From NCBI GenBank assembly GCA_965601925.1, contig OZ271854.1, forward strand, positions 1,664,001-1,728,000: DNA of 64,000 nt. The letters are read 5' to 3'. Under the pieces are notes generated by a model. The model was not told the origin of the DNA. It made no database searches and saw only the letters and a list, made by a program, of their open reading frames with translations. This document shows positions 1 through 10,114 of this stretch, piece after piece. A program made the position numbers and the translations under genes. Position 1 is the stretch's first letter. Every line of letters starts with the position of its first letter. The stretch is from Alkalispirochaeta sp. GTDB taxonomy: Bacteria > Spirochaetota > Spirochaetia > DSM-27196 > Alkalispirochaetaceae.

Positions 1-922
1 CCTGGCTCTTGAGCAAGGCATATTCAGCTTCTTCTTGGGTTCTGCCGTCTCGGCCTTCGTGCTTGCCTGGTTCGGATGGATACGGGTGCGCGACTATCTT
101 GATTTCTCTACTCGGTACCACAAATGGTGGCCTCGATTACTCAGGTTCGGCGCACCTCTACTGCCGGCCGGACTTGCGATCTATGTTATGAATACCGCCG
201 ATAGGTGGTTTATTCAGCATTACCACGGTGAAGACGCGCTGGGTTTGTATGCAGTCGGCGCAAAGTTCGTATTGCTCATGGCTCTTGCCGTAGATATGTT
301 TCGCAAAGCGTGGTGGCCTATGGCGATGGATGCGATGCACTCCAATGACGGGCCCGCGACGTTTCGGATGATCGCACGCCTCTTTATGGGACTGGGTTCG
401 GCCGCCGTAGTGTATTTAGCTTTTCTCTCTCCTCGCCTCATACGCTGGTTGACGGCACCGGCGTATCATGGCGCATACCCGATTGTCGGTGTATTGGCAT
501 GGAAAGCTGTCTTTTACGGGTTCTATTTGGTGGGTTCCCCCGGTATTTGGAAGGCTGAGAGAACGTATTTGAGTGCTTTTCTGATGGCCGGTGCGGGGAT
601 GTTGAATTTCGGCCTTAACTGGATATTCGTTCCCTTGTATGGAGGTGTGGGCGCCGCCCTTTCTACGTCTATATCATATTTCGTTTTGGTTGTTGTTGCG
701 GTCAGTATTTCGGAGCACCTGTGGAAGATCAATTTTCCATATGCTCTTCTGCTCACTCAAGTCGTACTGGGAACCGCCTCAATGATTTGGCTGATGACAA
801 CCGCAGCTGCGATGTATGTTCAAGTATTAGTGGCCCACCTAACAGTTGCGGTGCTGCTGTTATCAGCTTTTGATAAAACTAATCGGCGTACTATTGTGTC
901 GCTGTTCCATTATCGCAAGTAA
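1..922 (+). CDS. wzx: Wzx-type oligosaccharide flippase (MOP superfamily), 5'-truncated by window edge
   Basis: Frame open from position 2 to TAA at 920-922. Multi-TM protein with 'LLRFGAPLLP...DRWFI...LGLYAVG' and 'LNFGLNWIFVPLYGGVGAALST', typical of polysaccharide flippase C-terminal halves. Confidence 0.85.
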   Translation, partial: LALEQGIFSFFLGSAVSAFVLAWFGWIRVRDYLDFSTRYHKWWPRLLRFGAPLLPAGLAIYVMNTADRWFIQHYHGEDALGLYAVGAKFVLLMALAVDMFRKAWWPMAMDAMHSNDGPATFRMIARLFMGLGSAAVVYLAFLSPRLIRWLTAPAYHGAYPIVGVLAWKAVFYGFYLVGSPGIWKAERTYLSAFLMAGAGMLNFGLNWIFVPLYGGVGAALSTSISYFVLVVVAVSISEHLWKINFPYALLLTQVVLGTASMIWLMTTAAAMYVQVLVAHLTVAVLLLSAFDKTNRRTIVSLFHYRK

Positions 923-987
923 TAATATCCTTACCCTTTAGTGCGTGATGTCCATCTATTGCAGGGCAACTAAGAGCAGAATAGCCA

Positions 988-2883
988 GTGGAAGTTTTTA
1001 AGCAATATATCAGCGGTCTAACCTTGGTGATGATATCACCTGTGGTTTTCATGAGGAATATTTACACTGTATCGCGCGGCTTCATCTCAAATGGCGATAA
1101 ATCGTGGGCTTTTTGTGAGGTCGATTTCTTTTTTCGTGCATGGTATGAAAAGCTCGCGAATGATTTCCGTAAATTCGGCCGATTTGGATATGCATGGGAC
1201 GATGGCTTGGGCCTTCCTCTAGGACCGCGATTCTATAACAACTTTGTAACGTATTGGCTTTATGGAAAGCTCGGCGCAGTTCGATTCACCGTTATGGGCT
1301 GGTTGCTGATGGCTACAACGCTATTTTTTTTGATTGCTAACGGTATCTCCAGTGACGGCAGGTTTTGGATTGCCTCGATCGGAGTTTTCTGGGTGCTTTC
1401 CAGCCCATCTCTCTCAAGTATATACGTGCAGTTTGGCAAGCCGGAAACCTTTTGGTGGTGGATGTCTACGCTTGGAATGTTTTTTGGCCTGCGAAACGGT
1501 CTGCATGTCGCCTCGGTGATTTGGTCGGCCGTCGCGCTCGTCAATGTGCCTGTTGCCGTCTTGTCCGGCTTAGTTTTTGGCGTGCCGCTGATTATCCACT
1601 CTATGCTTGTTGCATCAACTCCCTTTGGTCTGTTGTGGCTCATTCCGGGTTTATTCAAGATTGTAATTCGTGTAGTTCAGTCCCTAAGATCCGGTTTTTT
1701 TGGAATGATTACCGATGAGCAGGCAGGACTGAGGAAACGAAAGCTTTTTTTTCATGGTGACGAGCTTTCATATCTATCACTATCTATTTTTCTGATAGTG
1801 TTTGTCTCTAAAGAGCATTCGACGGTCTTTATTTATCCCATCGTCTGTTTCGCTCTCGTGTTCCAGATTCTTTTCTTTTTGAATCGTCGATTGATATACA
1901 TTAATGACGATCAGTCCTATGCACTATTGTACTTTGGCGGCACTACCGCTTTCGGTAGTGCAATTGGCGATCCCGTCTTGCTGTTGATTCCTCTTATTGC
2001 TACTTTGAGGTTTATTGGCGGCATTCCGGAAAACTCTTTCGCTCGAAGGCGATTTTGGCCCGTGAGCTCTGTTTCAAGCCGATCAGTACACGGCCTTTTC
2101 AAAAAACTTGTTCGATTGTGGTATTTCCCTTTTGTGTGTTTTTTACCTCGTCCATCCATCGCGAAAAGCAAACTTATTGATGCCTTGGATGCGTTGACTC
2201 CATGGTCGCGGATAGCGATCGAGTCTTACGGAAAAATGCGAGAATCCGGCTTTGCCCGCCGTTTGCAAACGGCCATTCAAGAACCACTGATGCAAAAACG
2301 GATCGGTGTCGTGAACGATATATATGCAGGTATGACGACCGAGTACCGCGACAATTTATTGTGGAAGGAGTTCTTTGAGGATCTCAAAGATCCAGCAGGT
2401 GCCCTATCCATTTTGGAGTCGTATTGGGTGCGATATGTGTTAGCGTTCACTCCGCAGTTCCAATCAGCATTGGAGTCTCTCGGATTCCAGGTTGTTGCCT
2501 CTATCGACCTTCAAGAGGATAGTCTTTCTCGACGAGTGTTTCGTCTTGAAGAACGAGTAGCACATCCTCATGTTACGATACTTCGGGCCCCTTACTCCGT
2601 TCCTCAAATCAAACCACAGAAGAGAAACAAGCGGATCACCGGGATAGAAATATCAAATATATCAGATAAAATATATAAAATACCATATATCTTTTTTCGA
2701 GGACTGCGGTGTTATCTTGGGGATGATCTGTGCGGCACCGCGAAAACACGTGTCGGACGGTTTATCCGGTTGTCTACGCATTCATCGGGTTTCGTCTCCG
2801 ATTCACATATACGCCTTAGGTACTCTTCGCTATCCTTCGTTGAGAACTTACGCGAGTGGAATTACATTTTTTCAAAAAAATAG
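988..2883 (+). CDS. Polytopic membrane protein with soluble C-terminal domain; possible GT-C/YfhO-like glycosyltransferase
   Basis: 631-aa ORF (GTG start) with many hydrophobic segments in the N-terminal ~340 aa, 'WDDGLGLPLG' in the first loop, and C-terminal 'LESYWVRYVL' and 'IPYIFFRGLRCYLGD' resembling YfhO-like motifs. The CDS is likely real; the function is tentative. Confidence 0.55.
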   Translation: MEVFKQYISGLTLVMISPVVFMRNIYTVSRGFISNGDKSWAFCEVDFFFRAWYEKLANDFRKFGRFGYAWDDGLGLPLGPRFYNNFVTYWLYGKLGAVRFTVMGWLLMATTLFFLIANGISSDGRFWIASIGVFWVLSSPSLSSIYVQFGKPETFWWWMSTLGMFFGLRNGLHVASVIWSAVALVNVPVAVLSGLVFGVPLIIHSMLVASTPFGLLWLIPGLFKIVIRVVQSLRSGFFGMITDEQAGLRKRKLFFHGDELSYLSLSIFLIVFVSKEHSTVFIYPIVCFALVFQILFFLNRRLIYINDDQSYALLYFGGTTAFGSAIGDPVLLLIPLIATLRFIGGIPENSFARRRFWPVSSVSSRSVHGLFKKLVRLWYFPFVCFLPRPSIAKSKLIDALDALTPWSRIAIESYGKMRESGFARRLQTAIQEPLMQKRIGVVNDIYAGMTTEYRDNLLWKEFFEDLKDPAGALSILESYWVRYVLAFTPQFQSALESLGFQVVASIDLQEDSLSRRVFRLEERVAHPHVTILRAPYSVPQIKPQKRNKRITGIEISNISDKIYKIPYIFFRGLRCYLGDDLCGTAKTRVGRFIRLSTHSSGFVSDSHIRLRYSSLSFVENLREWNYIFSKK

Positions 2884-2949
2884 CGAGTGGCTAAAATGAT
2901 AGCAATATACGCTGTTGCGTCCCGTGCGCAGCTTCATTAGGATTCGAGC

Positions 2950-4014
2950 TTGAAGATCATCCATGCTCCTACCGATCTGGGAATGCGCGCCGTCAGCCTA
3001 TCCGAAGCGGAACGCACCCTTGGACACACTAGCAAAGTATTTGTTCGAGCTCCCTCGGTCCACGTTTCGGGTGTGGTGGACACGCTGTATCATCCTAGCA
3101 AGCTCGTCTTTGCTGCAAGGCTTGCAGCCGCTGTTTTCGAGTGCGCTCGATCCGACATAGTCATGCTGAATGCCGGGTCGTCGTTAGTGGACTTCGGATA
3201 TGCACATGCTCAGCTGATGGACGTAACTCTCTATCGGCTTTTGAAGAAGCGTGTGGTTACAACGTTTCAAGGATGTGATGTGCGGTTGTGCGAAACGTGT
3301 CCTGTTCGAAAACATCTGGGGCCGGCGCAGCAGTGCTCCGGCGTACCGAAAGGACTCAAGTATTCTACATTTGACAAACTGAAACTGCAGCGTCTTGCAC
3401 GTCTATCGGAAGCTTCGACTACTCTCCTTGGGATCACACCCGATCTTTGTCTGTCATCTAACAGAGTTCAGTACTCACCGCATGCAAAGTCCTCGAAAAA
3501 AATCGGTAGTATAAAAGCGACTCCGCGACGAGATGGATCCGTGTTCAGGATTGCTCACATGCCCAAGAGGCACCATAAGGGAAGCGAAATAATAGAACCT
3601 GTCATTCGAAATTTTTGTAAAGAGCATCCCGGGGCCGTCGAGTATCGACCTATCAGAGGAATGTCCTGGAGCGCTGCTCTGCGGACGATTGCGAGTTCCG
3701 ACTTAGTCGTTGACCAAGTTTTGACCGGTTGGTACGGTGGCGTCAGTGTCGAGGCCGCGTTATTGGGAGTTCCCTCGCTTGTTCGGATCGAGAACCAGCT
3801 TCTAAGATTTGTGCCTGCGGCTATGCGCGCGCATCTTCCTGTGGTAGCGCTTCAACACGCCGACCAGTTGCACGATATGCTATCCCGTTTTTTCTACGAC
3901 CGAGAGATGGTGCAGCGAGAGGGTGAACGGTGTCGCCAAAACGCAAGAACTTTTCACAATCCAGTAGTCGTCGCCAAAGATATATTGCATAAAGCGAGAA
4001 ACCGAAGACGATGA
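2950..4014 (+). CDS. GT-B fold (GT4-like) glycosyltransferase with Cys-rich insert
   Basis: 354 aa, TTG start. 'RIAHMPKRHHKGSEII', 'SDLVVDQVLTGWYGGVSVEAALLGVP'. ATGA overlap with next gene. Confidence 0.75.
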   Translation: MKIIHAPTDLGMRAVSLSEAERTLGHTSKVFVRAPSVHVSGVVDTLYHPSKLVFAARLAAAVFECARSDIVMLNAGSSLVDFGYAHAQLMDVTLYRLLKKRVVTTFQGCDVRLCETCPVRKHLGPAQQCSGVPKGLKYSTFDKLKLQRLARLSEASTTLLGITPDLCLSSNRVQYSPHAKSSKKIGSIKATPRRDGSVFRIAHMPKRHHKGSEIIEPVIRNFCKEHPGAVEYRPIRGMSWSAALRTIASSDLVVDQVLTGWYGGVSVEAALLGVPSLVRIENQLLRFVPAAMRAHLPVVALQHADQLHDMLSRFFYDREMVQREGERCRQNARTFHNPVVVAKDILHKARNRRR

Positions 4015-5360
4015 GTACCACTACTATAGGGCTATCGAATAGATCGTTCTATCCCTCGAAAAGAAAATCTGTAGCACATTTTTCTCATAACTTTTTTTCA
4101 GTAGGGTTTTTGTTAGTAATAGTAGATTCGGTTTTTTTCAGTTTTGTGCATGGCCTGGCTCATTCCCGGTATGGGTTGCGATCAATAATTGGATTTCATT
4201 TATTTTTTTCAGAGATTTGGTTTATTCTTTTTGGAAATATCATTTTTGCATTGCACATCCACAAACAAGGGAAGATATCGGAAGCGAATGCAAATGTGGC
4301 ACCTATATTCATAGTTCTTTTTGTTGTCTGGCTCAGTTTTCTTTGGGGACTCCTAAATAGCAATGTATTCGCACTGAGGGATTTCAGAGAAATCGCGTTC
4401 GGGGCTCTTGGGCTTCCCGCGATTCTGTGTTTTGCGCCTTATTGTGACTTGAACACGGTAGTCAGGAGACTCGCCCTGCTATGTATTCCCATAGCCATAA
4501 TCTGGTCTCCCTTTGCCATCTACGAGCATTTGATGTTCGCCGACGACCCCGATTGGGTAACGCATAATTCCTTTGCCATAATAATGATCTTTCCATTTTG
4601 CTATTTTCTTTTTCACTTCTTAGCCGGTCGGAGAGGCTATGGCTTTATCGCACTTCTCATAGCATTTGCAATTGTTGCCAGATTTTCCAAGGTGACACTG
4701 GCACTTCTCCTTTTTTGTTCTTTCACGACGATTCTTCTTTCGAAATGGTTAAACAGAAAATTAATCTTCAAAAGACTGAATAGACATGTCATTTCGGCTC
4801 TGTTATGGATGATTGTGTTACTGTCGGTATTGTTGTTGCTGGTCAACGTATATAGCGACGGTGCAATAGAGCGGCAAATCAGACAGCACTTCCTTAAAGA
4901 AAGAGTTGCCTCGTCCGGCGAGATCTTCCGCGGCGATCTTTCCGGTGGTCGTTTCGCGATCTGGACTGCGGCGATGAGTAAGTGGATGGATAGGCCGCTT
5001 TTTGGGCACGGCGCAGGTGCCGTTCTTCGAGTATATTCAACCGGCTGGATTGAAAAATGGCAGTTCCATAACTATTTCTTTCAGCAGCTCCATAATACCG
5101 GCGCGTTTGGCATCGTACTGATCGTTGGCGGTTGGCTTTTTTGGTGGCGGAGAGCGCTTCTTCAATTGCGTTCGGTCGAGAATTATCGCACCAAGATAGC
5201 GTTGGGATGCATGGCGGTATTCGCGCTCACGATCATGTTTTACGGTTTTTTCGGTCACCCGTTGAGCTTTCCCCCTGTGGCGCAGTTTTTTTGGGTCGGC
5301 ATCGGGTTTCTGTGTGTAAGCAAAAGTAATAAAATATACAATATATTTAATTATAATTAA
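4011..5360 (+). CDS. O-antigen ligase/polymerase family protein (Wzy_C)
   Basis: 449 aa, very hydrophobic and AT-rich. 'SGGRFAIWTAA...RPLFGHGAG' and 'HNYFFQQLHNTGAFG' are Wzy_C/WaaL hallmarks. Confidence 0.8.
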   Translation: MSTTTIGLSNRSFYPSKRKSVAHFSHNFFSVGFLLVIVDSVFFSFVHGLAHSRYGLRSIIGFHLFFSEIWFILFGNIIFALHIHKQGKISEANANVAPIFIVLFVVWLSFLWGLLNSNVFALRDFREIAFGALGLPAILCFAPYCDLNTVVRRLALLCIPIAIIWSPFAIYEHLMFADDPDWVTHNSFAIIMIFPFCYFLFHFLAGRRGYGFIALLIAFAIVARFSKVTLALLLFCSFTTILLSKWLNRKLIFKRLNRHVISALLWMIVLLSVLLLLVNVYSDGAIERQIRQHFLKERVASSGEIFRGDLSGGRFAIWTAAMSKWMDRPLFGHGAGAVLRVYSTGWIEKWQFHNYFFQQLHNTGAFGIVLIVGGWLFWWRRALLQLRSVENYRTKIALGCMAVFALTIMFYGFFGHPLSFPPVAQFFWVGIGFLCVSKSNKIYNIFNYN

Positions 5361-5477
5361 TTTTTTGATAATACTAAGCGCCCGTGGTCGCAGAATTGAC
5401 GACGGCGGCATAGAAATTAATATGATAATTTTTTCAGAAGCAAAAACTCATTTTGGTAATGATAGGACTCTAAAAAA

Positions 5478-7607
5478 ATGAAGCAGGTGCTTATACAAAA
5501 GGGCGTCGCGACGGTTGTCGATGTCCCACGTCCCACCGTGAACTCAGGAGAGGTGTTGGTGCGCGTTCATGCGTCCTGTATTTCCGTGGGCACGGAAATG
5601 ACGGGTGTTCGAGCTTCCGCCACACCGATTTGGAAACGGGCGCTCAAACAGCCGGACAAGATCGCGACGGTGTTCAAAAAGCTCGCGACAACCGGCATAA
5701 AAGGAACGTGGCGTCTCATCGAAGAGAAACGCGATTTGGCGTATCCGGTGGGATACTCAGCCTCCGGAGTCGTCATCGAGGTTGGTCATGACGTCACGGA
5801 TCTAGCGATTGGGGACCGTGTCGCGTGTGCGGGCGGTGGATACGCATTTCATGCCGAGGTTATTCGCGTCCCGCGCAATCTGTGTGTTCCGATCACCGAC
5901 GATGTGGACTATGAAAGTGCGGCGACCGTCACCTTGGGGGCCATCGCGTTACAAGGCGTGCGACGCGCGCAACCGACCTTGGGCGAAACGTTTGTTGTTT
6001 TGGGTTTAGGTATACTCGGACAACTAACGGTGCAGCTGTTACGAGCAAATGGATGCCGAACGATTGGGGTCGACCTCGACCGCGACAGAATCACGCGTGC
6101 GCTATCGCTCGGTATGGATGTCGGCATTCACCCTGACGACGATGACGATATGCAGCAGGTTGCGCGTATGACGAACGGTTTTGGCGCCGACGGCGTCATC
6201 ATTACCGCCGCGACACAATCGGATGCCGTTGTTTCGTCCGCGTTCAACATGTGTAGGAAAAAAGGACGAGTGGTTTTGGTCGGCGATGTCGGCCTGAATC
6301 TGAACCGCGACGACTTTTACGCCAAGGAAATTGACTTCTTTATTTCTTCATCGTACGGACCCGGTCGCTATGACACACGATACGAGGAACGGGGTTTCGA
6401 CTACCCACTTGCGTACGTTCGTTGGACGGAGAATCGAAACATGGCCGAGTATGTTCGTCTGGTCGGCGAGGACACGGTGAGGGTACCACCGTTAATCTCC
6501 GCGCGCTATCCGGTCGGCGAGGCATCAGAGGCGTACGCCTCTTTGAACTCCGACGGTCCTCGCCCGTTGATGGTCCTGTTGACCTATCCCGAATCGAGTT
6601 CCATAACGACGCAACGCGTCGAAATCGGCTCTAAACCGACACGAGCAACGGGAGCCGTCCAAGTCGCCGTCATTGGAGCGGGCGGTTTTGCGCGCTCGTC
6701 TCATCTACCGAACATTCAGGCGATGAAAGATCGATTCGTATTGCGCGCCGTCGTTGCTCAAACGGGACATAGCGCGTCGGCGGCCGGGAAGCAATATGGC
6801 GCTCAGTACGTGAGTACCGACTACCGAGAGGTTCTCGATGACGCCGATATCGATGCCGTTGTCATTGCCACACGACACCACCTGCACGGGAGTATCGCCC
6901 TGGCAGCCCTGAAGGCCGGAAAACATGTATTGGTTGAAAAACCGCTTGTTCTTACAGCGGGAGAGCTTGATGCATTGGACTCCTTCGTGATTGACAATCG
7001 TGAGGACTCGCCGCCCGTTCTGTTGACGGGATACAATCGACGGTTTTCTCCGTTTGGTCGCCGTATGGCCGACTTGCTTTCGAAGCGTGCCGGTCCGTTT
7101 ATGATGAACTATCGAATGAACGCGGGGTACATTCCCCATGATCACTGGGTGCATGGACCCGAGGGGGGAGGGCGTAACCTCGGGGAGGCGTGCCATATCT
7201 ACGATTTGTTTACGTTTCTTGCCGACTCGGAAGTAGAGAGCATTGTCGCTCATTCGATCGACGCCAAAAACGGACCCTATACTTCCGGTGATAACTTCAC
7301 CGCGACGATACGATTTGCGGATGGGTCCGTTGCCTCGTTAACATACACAGCGCTCGGCAACCCTGACTATCCAAAGGAAACGGCGGATTTATACGTGGAT
7401 GGGAAATTGGCGATTTTGCGCGACTATATCGAACTCGATGTGTACGGCAACAAGAAGAAATCGTTGACTACGAAAACGCAGCAAAAGGGCTTTTACGAGG
7501 AACTTTCAGCCTTTTCCAAGGCGATCCAGACCGGAATCTGGCCGATTCCATGGTGGCAGCAACGGCAATCAATGCGCATAGCGTTGGCTGTCAATGATAT
7601 GATCTAG
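5478..7607 (+). CDS. Bi-domain oxidoreductase (MDR/Zn-ADH-like N-terminus + Gfo/Idh/MocA C-terminus)
   Basis: 709 aa. 'SCISVGTE', 'GLGILGQL', 'SYGPGRYD', then 'VIGAGGFA', 'GKHVLVEKP', 'GYNRRFSP'. Confidence 0.9.
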   Translation: MKQVLIQKGVATVVDVPRPTVNSGEVLVRVHASCISVGTEMTGVRASATPIWKRALKQPDKIATVFKKLATTGIKGTWRLIEEKRDLAYPVGYSASGVVIEVGHDVTDLAIGDRVACAGGGYAFHAEVIRVPRNLCVPITDDVDYESAATVTLGAIALQGVRRAQPTLGETFVVLGLGILGQLTVQLLRANGCRTIGVDLDRDRITRALSLGMDVGIHPDDDDDMQQVARMTNGFGADGVIITAATQSDAVVSSAFNMCRKKGRVVLVGDVGLNLNRDDFYAKEIDFFISSSYGPGRYDTRYEERGFDYPLAYVRWTENRNMAEYVRLVGEDTVRVPPLISARYPVGEASEAYASLNSDGPRPLMVLLTYPESSSITTQRVEIGSKPTRATGAVQVAVIGAGGFARSSHLPNIQAMKDRFVLRAVVAQTGHSASAAGKQYGAQYVSTDYREVLDDADIDAVVIATRHHLHGSIALAALKAGKHVLVEKPLVLTAGELDALDSFVIDNREDSPPVLLTGYNRRFSPFGRRMADLLSKRAGPFMMNYRMNAGYIPHDHWVHGPEGGGRNLGEACHIYDLFTFLADSEVESIVAHSIDAKNGPYTSGDNFTATIRFADGSVASLTYTALGNPDYPKETADLYVDGKLAILRDYIELDVYGNKKKSLTTKTQQKGFYEELSAFSKAIQTGIWPIPWWQQRQSMRIALAVNDMI

Positions 7608-7660
7608 CATCGAGACTGCGATTCAGCAATAACAAACATCTCATTACCCAGATTTTGAAC

Positions 7661-8869
7661 ATGAACCAAGAAGCAAAAAATACCGTACGCCAATCCTTGG
7701 CGTCTCTTGAAGCGTGGATCGCGGCAAACGGTTGGGCCGGCTATGATCCTTATGACATTCGGGGCCAGGAATGGTTTGTTCGTCTGTTTGGCCATCAAAC
7801 CTGGTTCTTTCGGAAGCTACGAGGAGTCCTCTCCCTCGTTGAAGCAAACTTGCCGCCACATGCACTTCGCAAGGCGTTACGGATTAAAAAAGAGATCAAT
7901 CCCAAAGGGATGGGGCTGTTTGCTTCCGCATACATAGAGCTTTTTCGACAAACGGCGAATTCTGAGTATTTGCAAAAAGCGGAAAGTATTCTTGCGTGGC
8001 TTCGATCGAATAGCAACGCTTCATTTCCCGGTGCATCGTGGGGATATCCGTTCCATTGGCAGTCCCGCATCTTCATACCCAAGGGAACGCCCTCCTCAGT
8101 TGTCACAGGGACCGTCGGCGATGCGTGGCTTGACCACTATGAGATAACCGGTTCCGAGACGAGCCTCGATGTAATCCGACGAATCGCGGTTTTCTTTCGT
8201 CGCGCCTTGCATCGCTTTGAACGAGAAAAGAATGAAGTGTGTTTCAGCTATACTCCAATCGACGACTTCAAAGTGCACAATGCCAGTCTCTTTGTCGCCG
8301 CCTTTCTCGCGCGATACGGCAAGCTCACCGGCGATTCCGACGCGCTTCGAACCGCGGTGGATGCGGCACGATACACCATCAACGAGCAAAACACGGATGG
8401 GTCCTTCTACTACTGGAGTCTCGAGCCCGACTCTATAATAGATCATTACCATACGGGCTTCGTCTTACGGCATCTCGATACGGTCTATCGGCGGACAGGT
8501 GCACGGTTTATTGAGGAACCGCTACGAAGAGGCTATACGTTCTACCTGGAACATCTCTTCGCCGAGGAGACTATGCCGAAGTTCTCTCCCGATAGTCTTT
8601 ATCCGATCGATATTCACTCATGCGCGGAAGCGATCGTATGTATTGCCCAACTTGGCCCGACGTATGGAGGTCTGGAGCGTCTTCCCCGAGTCTTTGATTT
8701 TATAGACTCTACTATGCGCTCACATAATGGGTACTTCATTGCTGAGATACGAAGGCGATTGTGGAGCGAGAGAAAACTGGTCGTCCCATATATACGTTGG
8801 GGACAGGCCTGGATGCTCCTCGCGCTTTCCCGACTTCAGGGGACAATTGTCGACGATAAGGACGAATAA
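7661..8869 (+). CDS. Conserved hypothetical protein of polysaccharide loci, probable (alpha/alpha)6 six-hairpin fold
   Basis: ATG at 7661 (ORF track TTG 7655). Motifs 'GYDPYD', 'WGYPFHWQ', 'CFSYTP...VHNASL', 'IDHYHTGF', 'YPIDIHS', 'YIRWGQAWM'. Confidence 0.7.
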   Translation: MNQEAKNTVRQSLASLEAWIAANGWAGYDPYDIRGQEWFVRLFGHQTWFFRKLRGVLSLVEANLPPHALRKALRIKKEINPKGMGLFASAYIELFRQTANSEYLQKAESILAWLRSNSNASFPGASWGYPFHWQSRIFIPKGTPSSVVTGTVGDAWLDHYEITGSETSLDVIRRIAVFFRRALHRFEREKNEVCFSYTPIDDFKVHNASLFVAAFLARYGKLTGDSDALRTAVDAARYTINEQNTDGSFYYWSLEPDSIIDHYHTGFVLRHLDTVYRRTGARFIEEPLRRGYTFYLEHLFAEETMPKFSPDSLYPIDIHSCAEAIVCIAQLGPTYGGLERLPRVFDFIDSTMRSHNGYFIAEIRRRLWSERKLVVPYIRWGQAWMLLALSRLQGTIVDDKDE

Positions 8870-8881
8870 GGAACAAACACA

Positions 8882-10114
8882 ATGAGAGTCGGAATGGTAC
8901 TACTTACAGGATTTCCTCCTGATATACGTATTGAAAAAGAGCACGCGACGCTTTCCGCCGAACACGACGTGTTTCTCTTGTGCCCTCGACGCGGTGAAGC
9001 ATCAAACCGCGAAATGTGGAACGGTTTGTCCGTACAACGGGTGTTTTCGAACTATGAACGGCAATGGAATAACTTCAGGCTGCTTGCGTCGCAGTATTCG
9101 CGGGGTTGGGCGCGTGCAATTGCTCAATTTATCGACGAAAATCGGCTTGATATACTACACGTTCACGACCTTCCTCTGCTCGGAACTGCACTGAGAGTCG
9201 CCAGGCGCATGGAAGTTCCGGTCGTGGCGGACTTGCACGAAAACTATCCGGCAATGCTCGCCGAGAGCAAGAAGAAGCGTCTCGTGAGTTCGCAGTCTTT
9301 TGGATCATTTATCCTACAGCTGGTAGTTTCGGTTCCACGTTGGATCGCCTACGAAAAGACCGCTGTTTCTCAAGCTGATGCCGTAATTACCGTTATTGAG
9401 GAGGCGAAAGACCGGCTAAAGAGAATCGGCATCTCCGAGTCTACGTTGCACGTAGTGGCGAACTATGGGCAATTGAACGGAAAAGCAGAAGTAGCGGACG
9501 GTATGTCGCCCGTCGCCGCCAATCCACAAAATCGCGAGTTCAAAGTCGTGTATGCCGGCGGCTTTGATGAGACGAGAGATTTGTCTTCCGTAGTAGATGC
9601 CATCGGACTAATCGGAGAAGACGAAATTCCCAATCTGCGAGTCTCGCTTATAGGAGGGAATCGTCGTGCAATACAAGCCCTGGAACGTCGTCTCGACCGC
9701 ATTCGGGGTGCGCACAGAGTTGAGCTCATTGAATGGATGCCGCGTGATGAGGTCGAGCGGGTAGTGGAGAAGGCGGATGTAGGACTCGTTCCCCATGTAA
9801 AATCGGATCACACGGATAACACGATTCCGCACAAACTCTTTCAATACATGGAACGGCAGTTGCCTGTCATTGTTTCAGATTGTGATCCGTTGAATCGAAT
9901 CGTATCGGATGCGAGGTGCGGGTTGGTATATCGTTCGGGAGACGCAGACTCGTTCGCGCGACGACTCGTTGAAATGTGGAGCGATCCGGACCGGATGAGG
10001 CGGATGGGCGAAGCTGGTCTGAGGGCTGTTACGGAAAAGTATAATTGGGCGGAAGCAGGAAGGAACCTTTTGAAGATTTATCGCAGTTTTTTGACGTCGG
10101 GTAGCAGGTCGTGA
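8882..10114 (+). CDS. Glycosyltransferase family 4
   Basis: 410 aa. 'PPDIRIEKE', 'LHVHDLP', 'DLHENYP', 'PHKLFQYM..LPVIVS'. Confidence 0.9.
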   Translation: MRVGMVLLTGFPPDIRIEKEHATLSAEHDVFLLCPRRGEASNREMWNGLSVQRVFSNYERQWNNFRLLASQYSRGWARAIAQFIDENRLDILHVHDLPLLGTALRVARRMEVPVVADLHENYPAMLAESKKKRLVSSQSFGSFILQLVVSVPRWIAYEKTAVSQADAVITVIEEAKDRLKRIGISESTLHVVANYGQLNGKAEVADGMSPVAANPQNREFKVVYAGGFDETRDLSSVVDAIGLIGEDEIPNLRVSLIGGNRRAIQALERRLDRIRGAHRVELIEWMPRDEVERVVEKADVGLVPHVKSDHTDNTIPHKLFQYMERQLPVIVSDCDPLNRIVSDARCGLVYRSGDADSFARRLVEMWSDPDRMRRMGEAGLRAVTEKYNWAEAGRNLLKIYRSFLTSGSRS

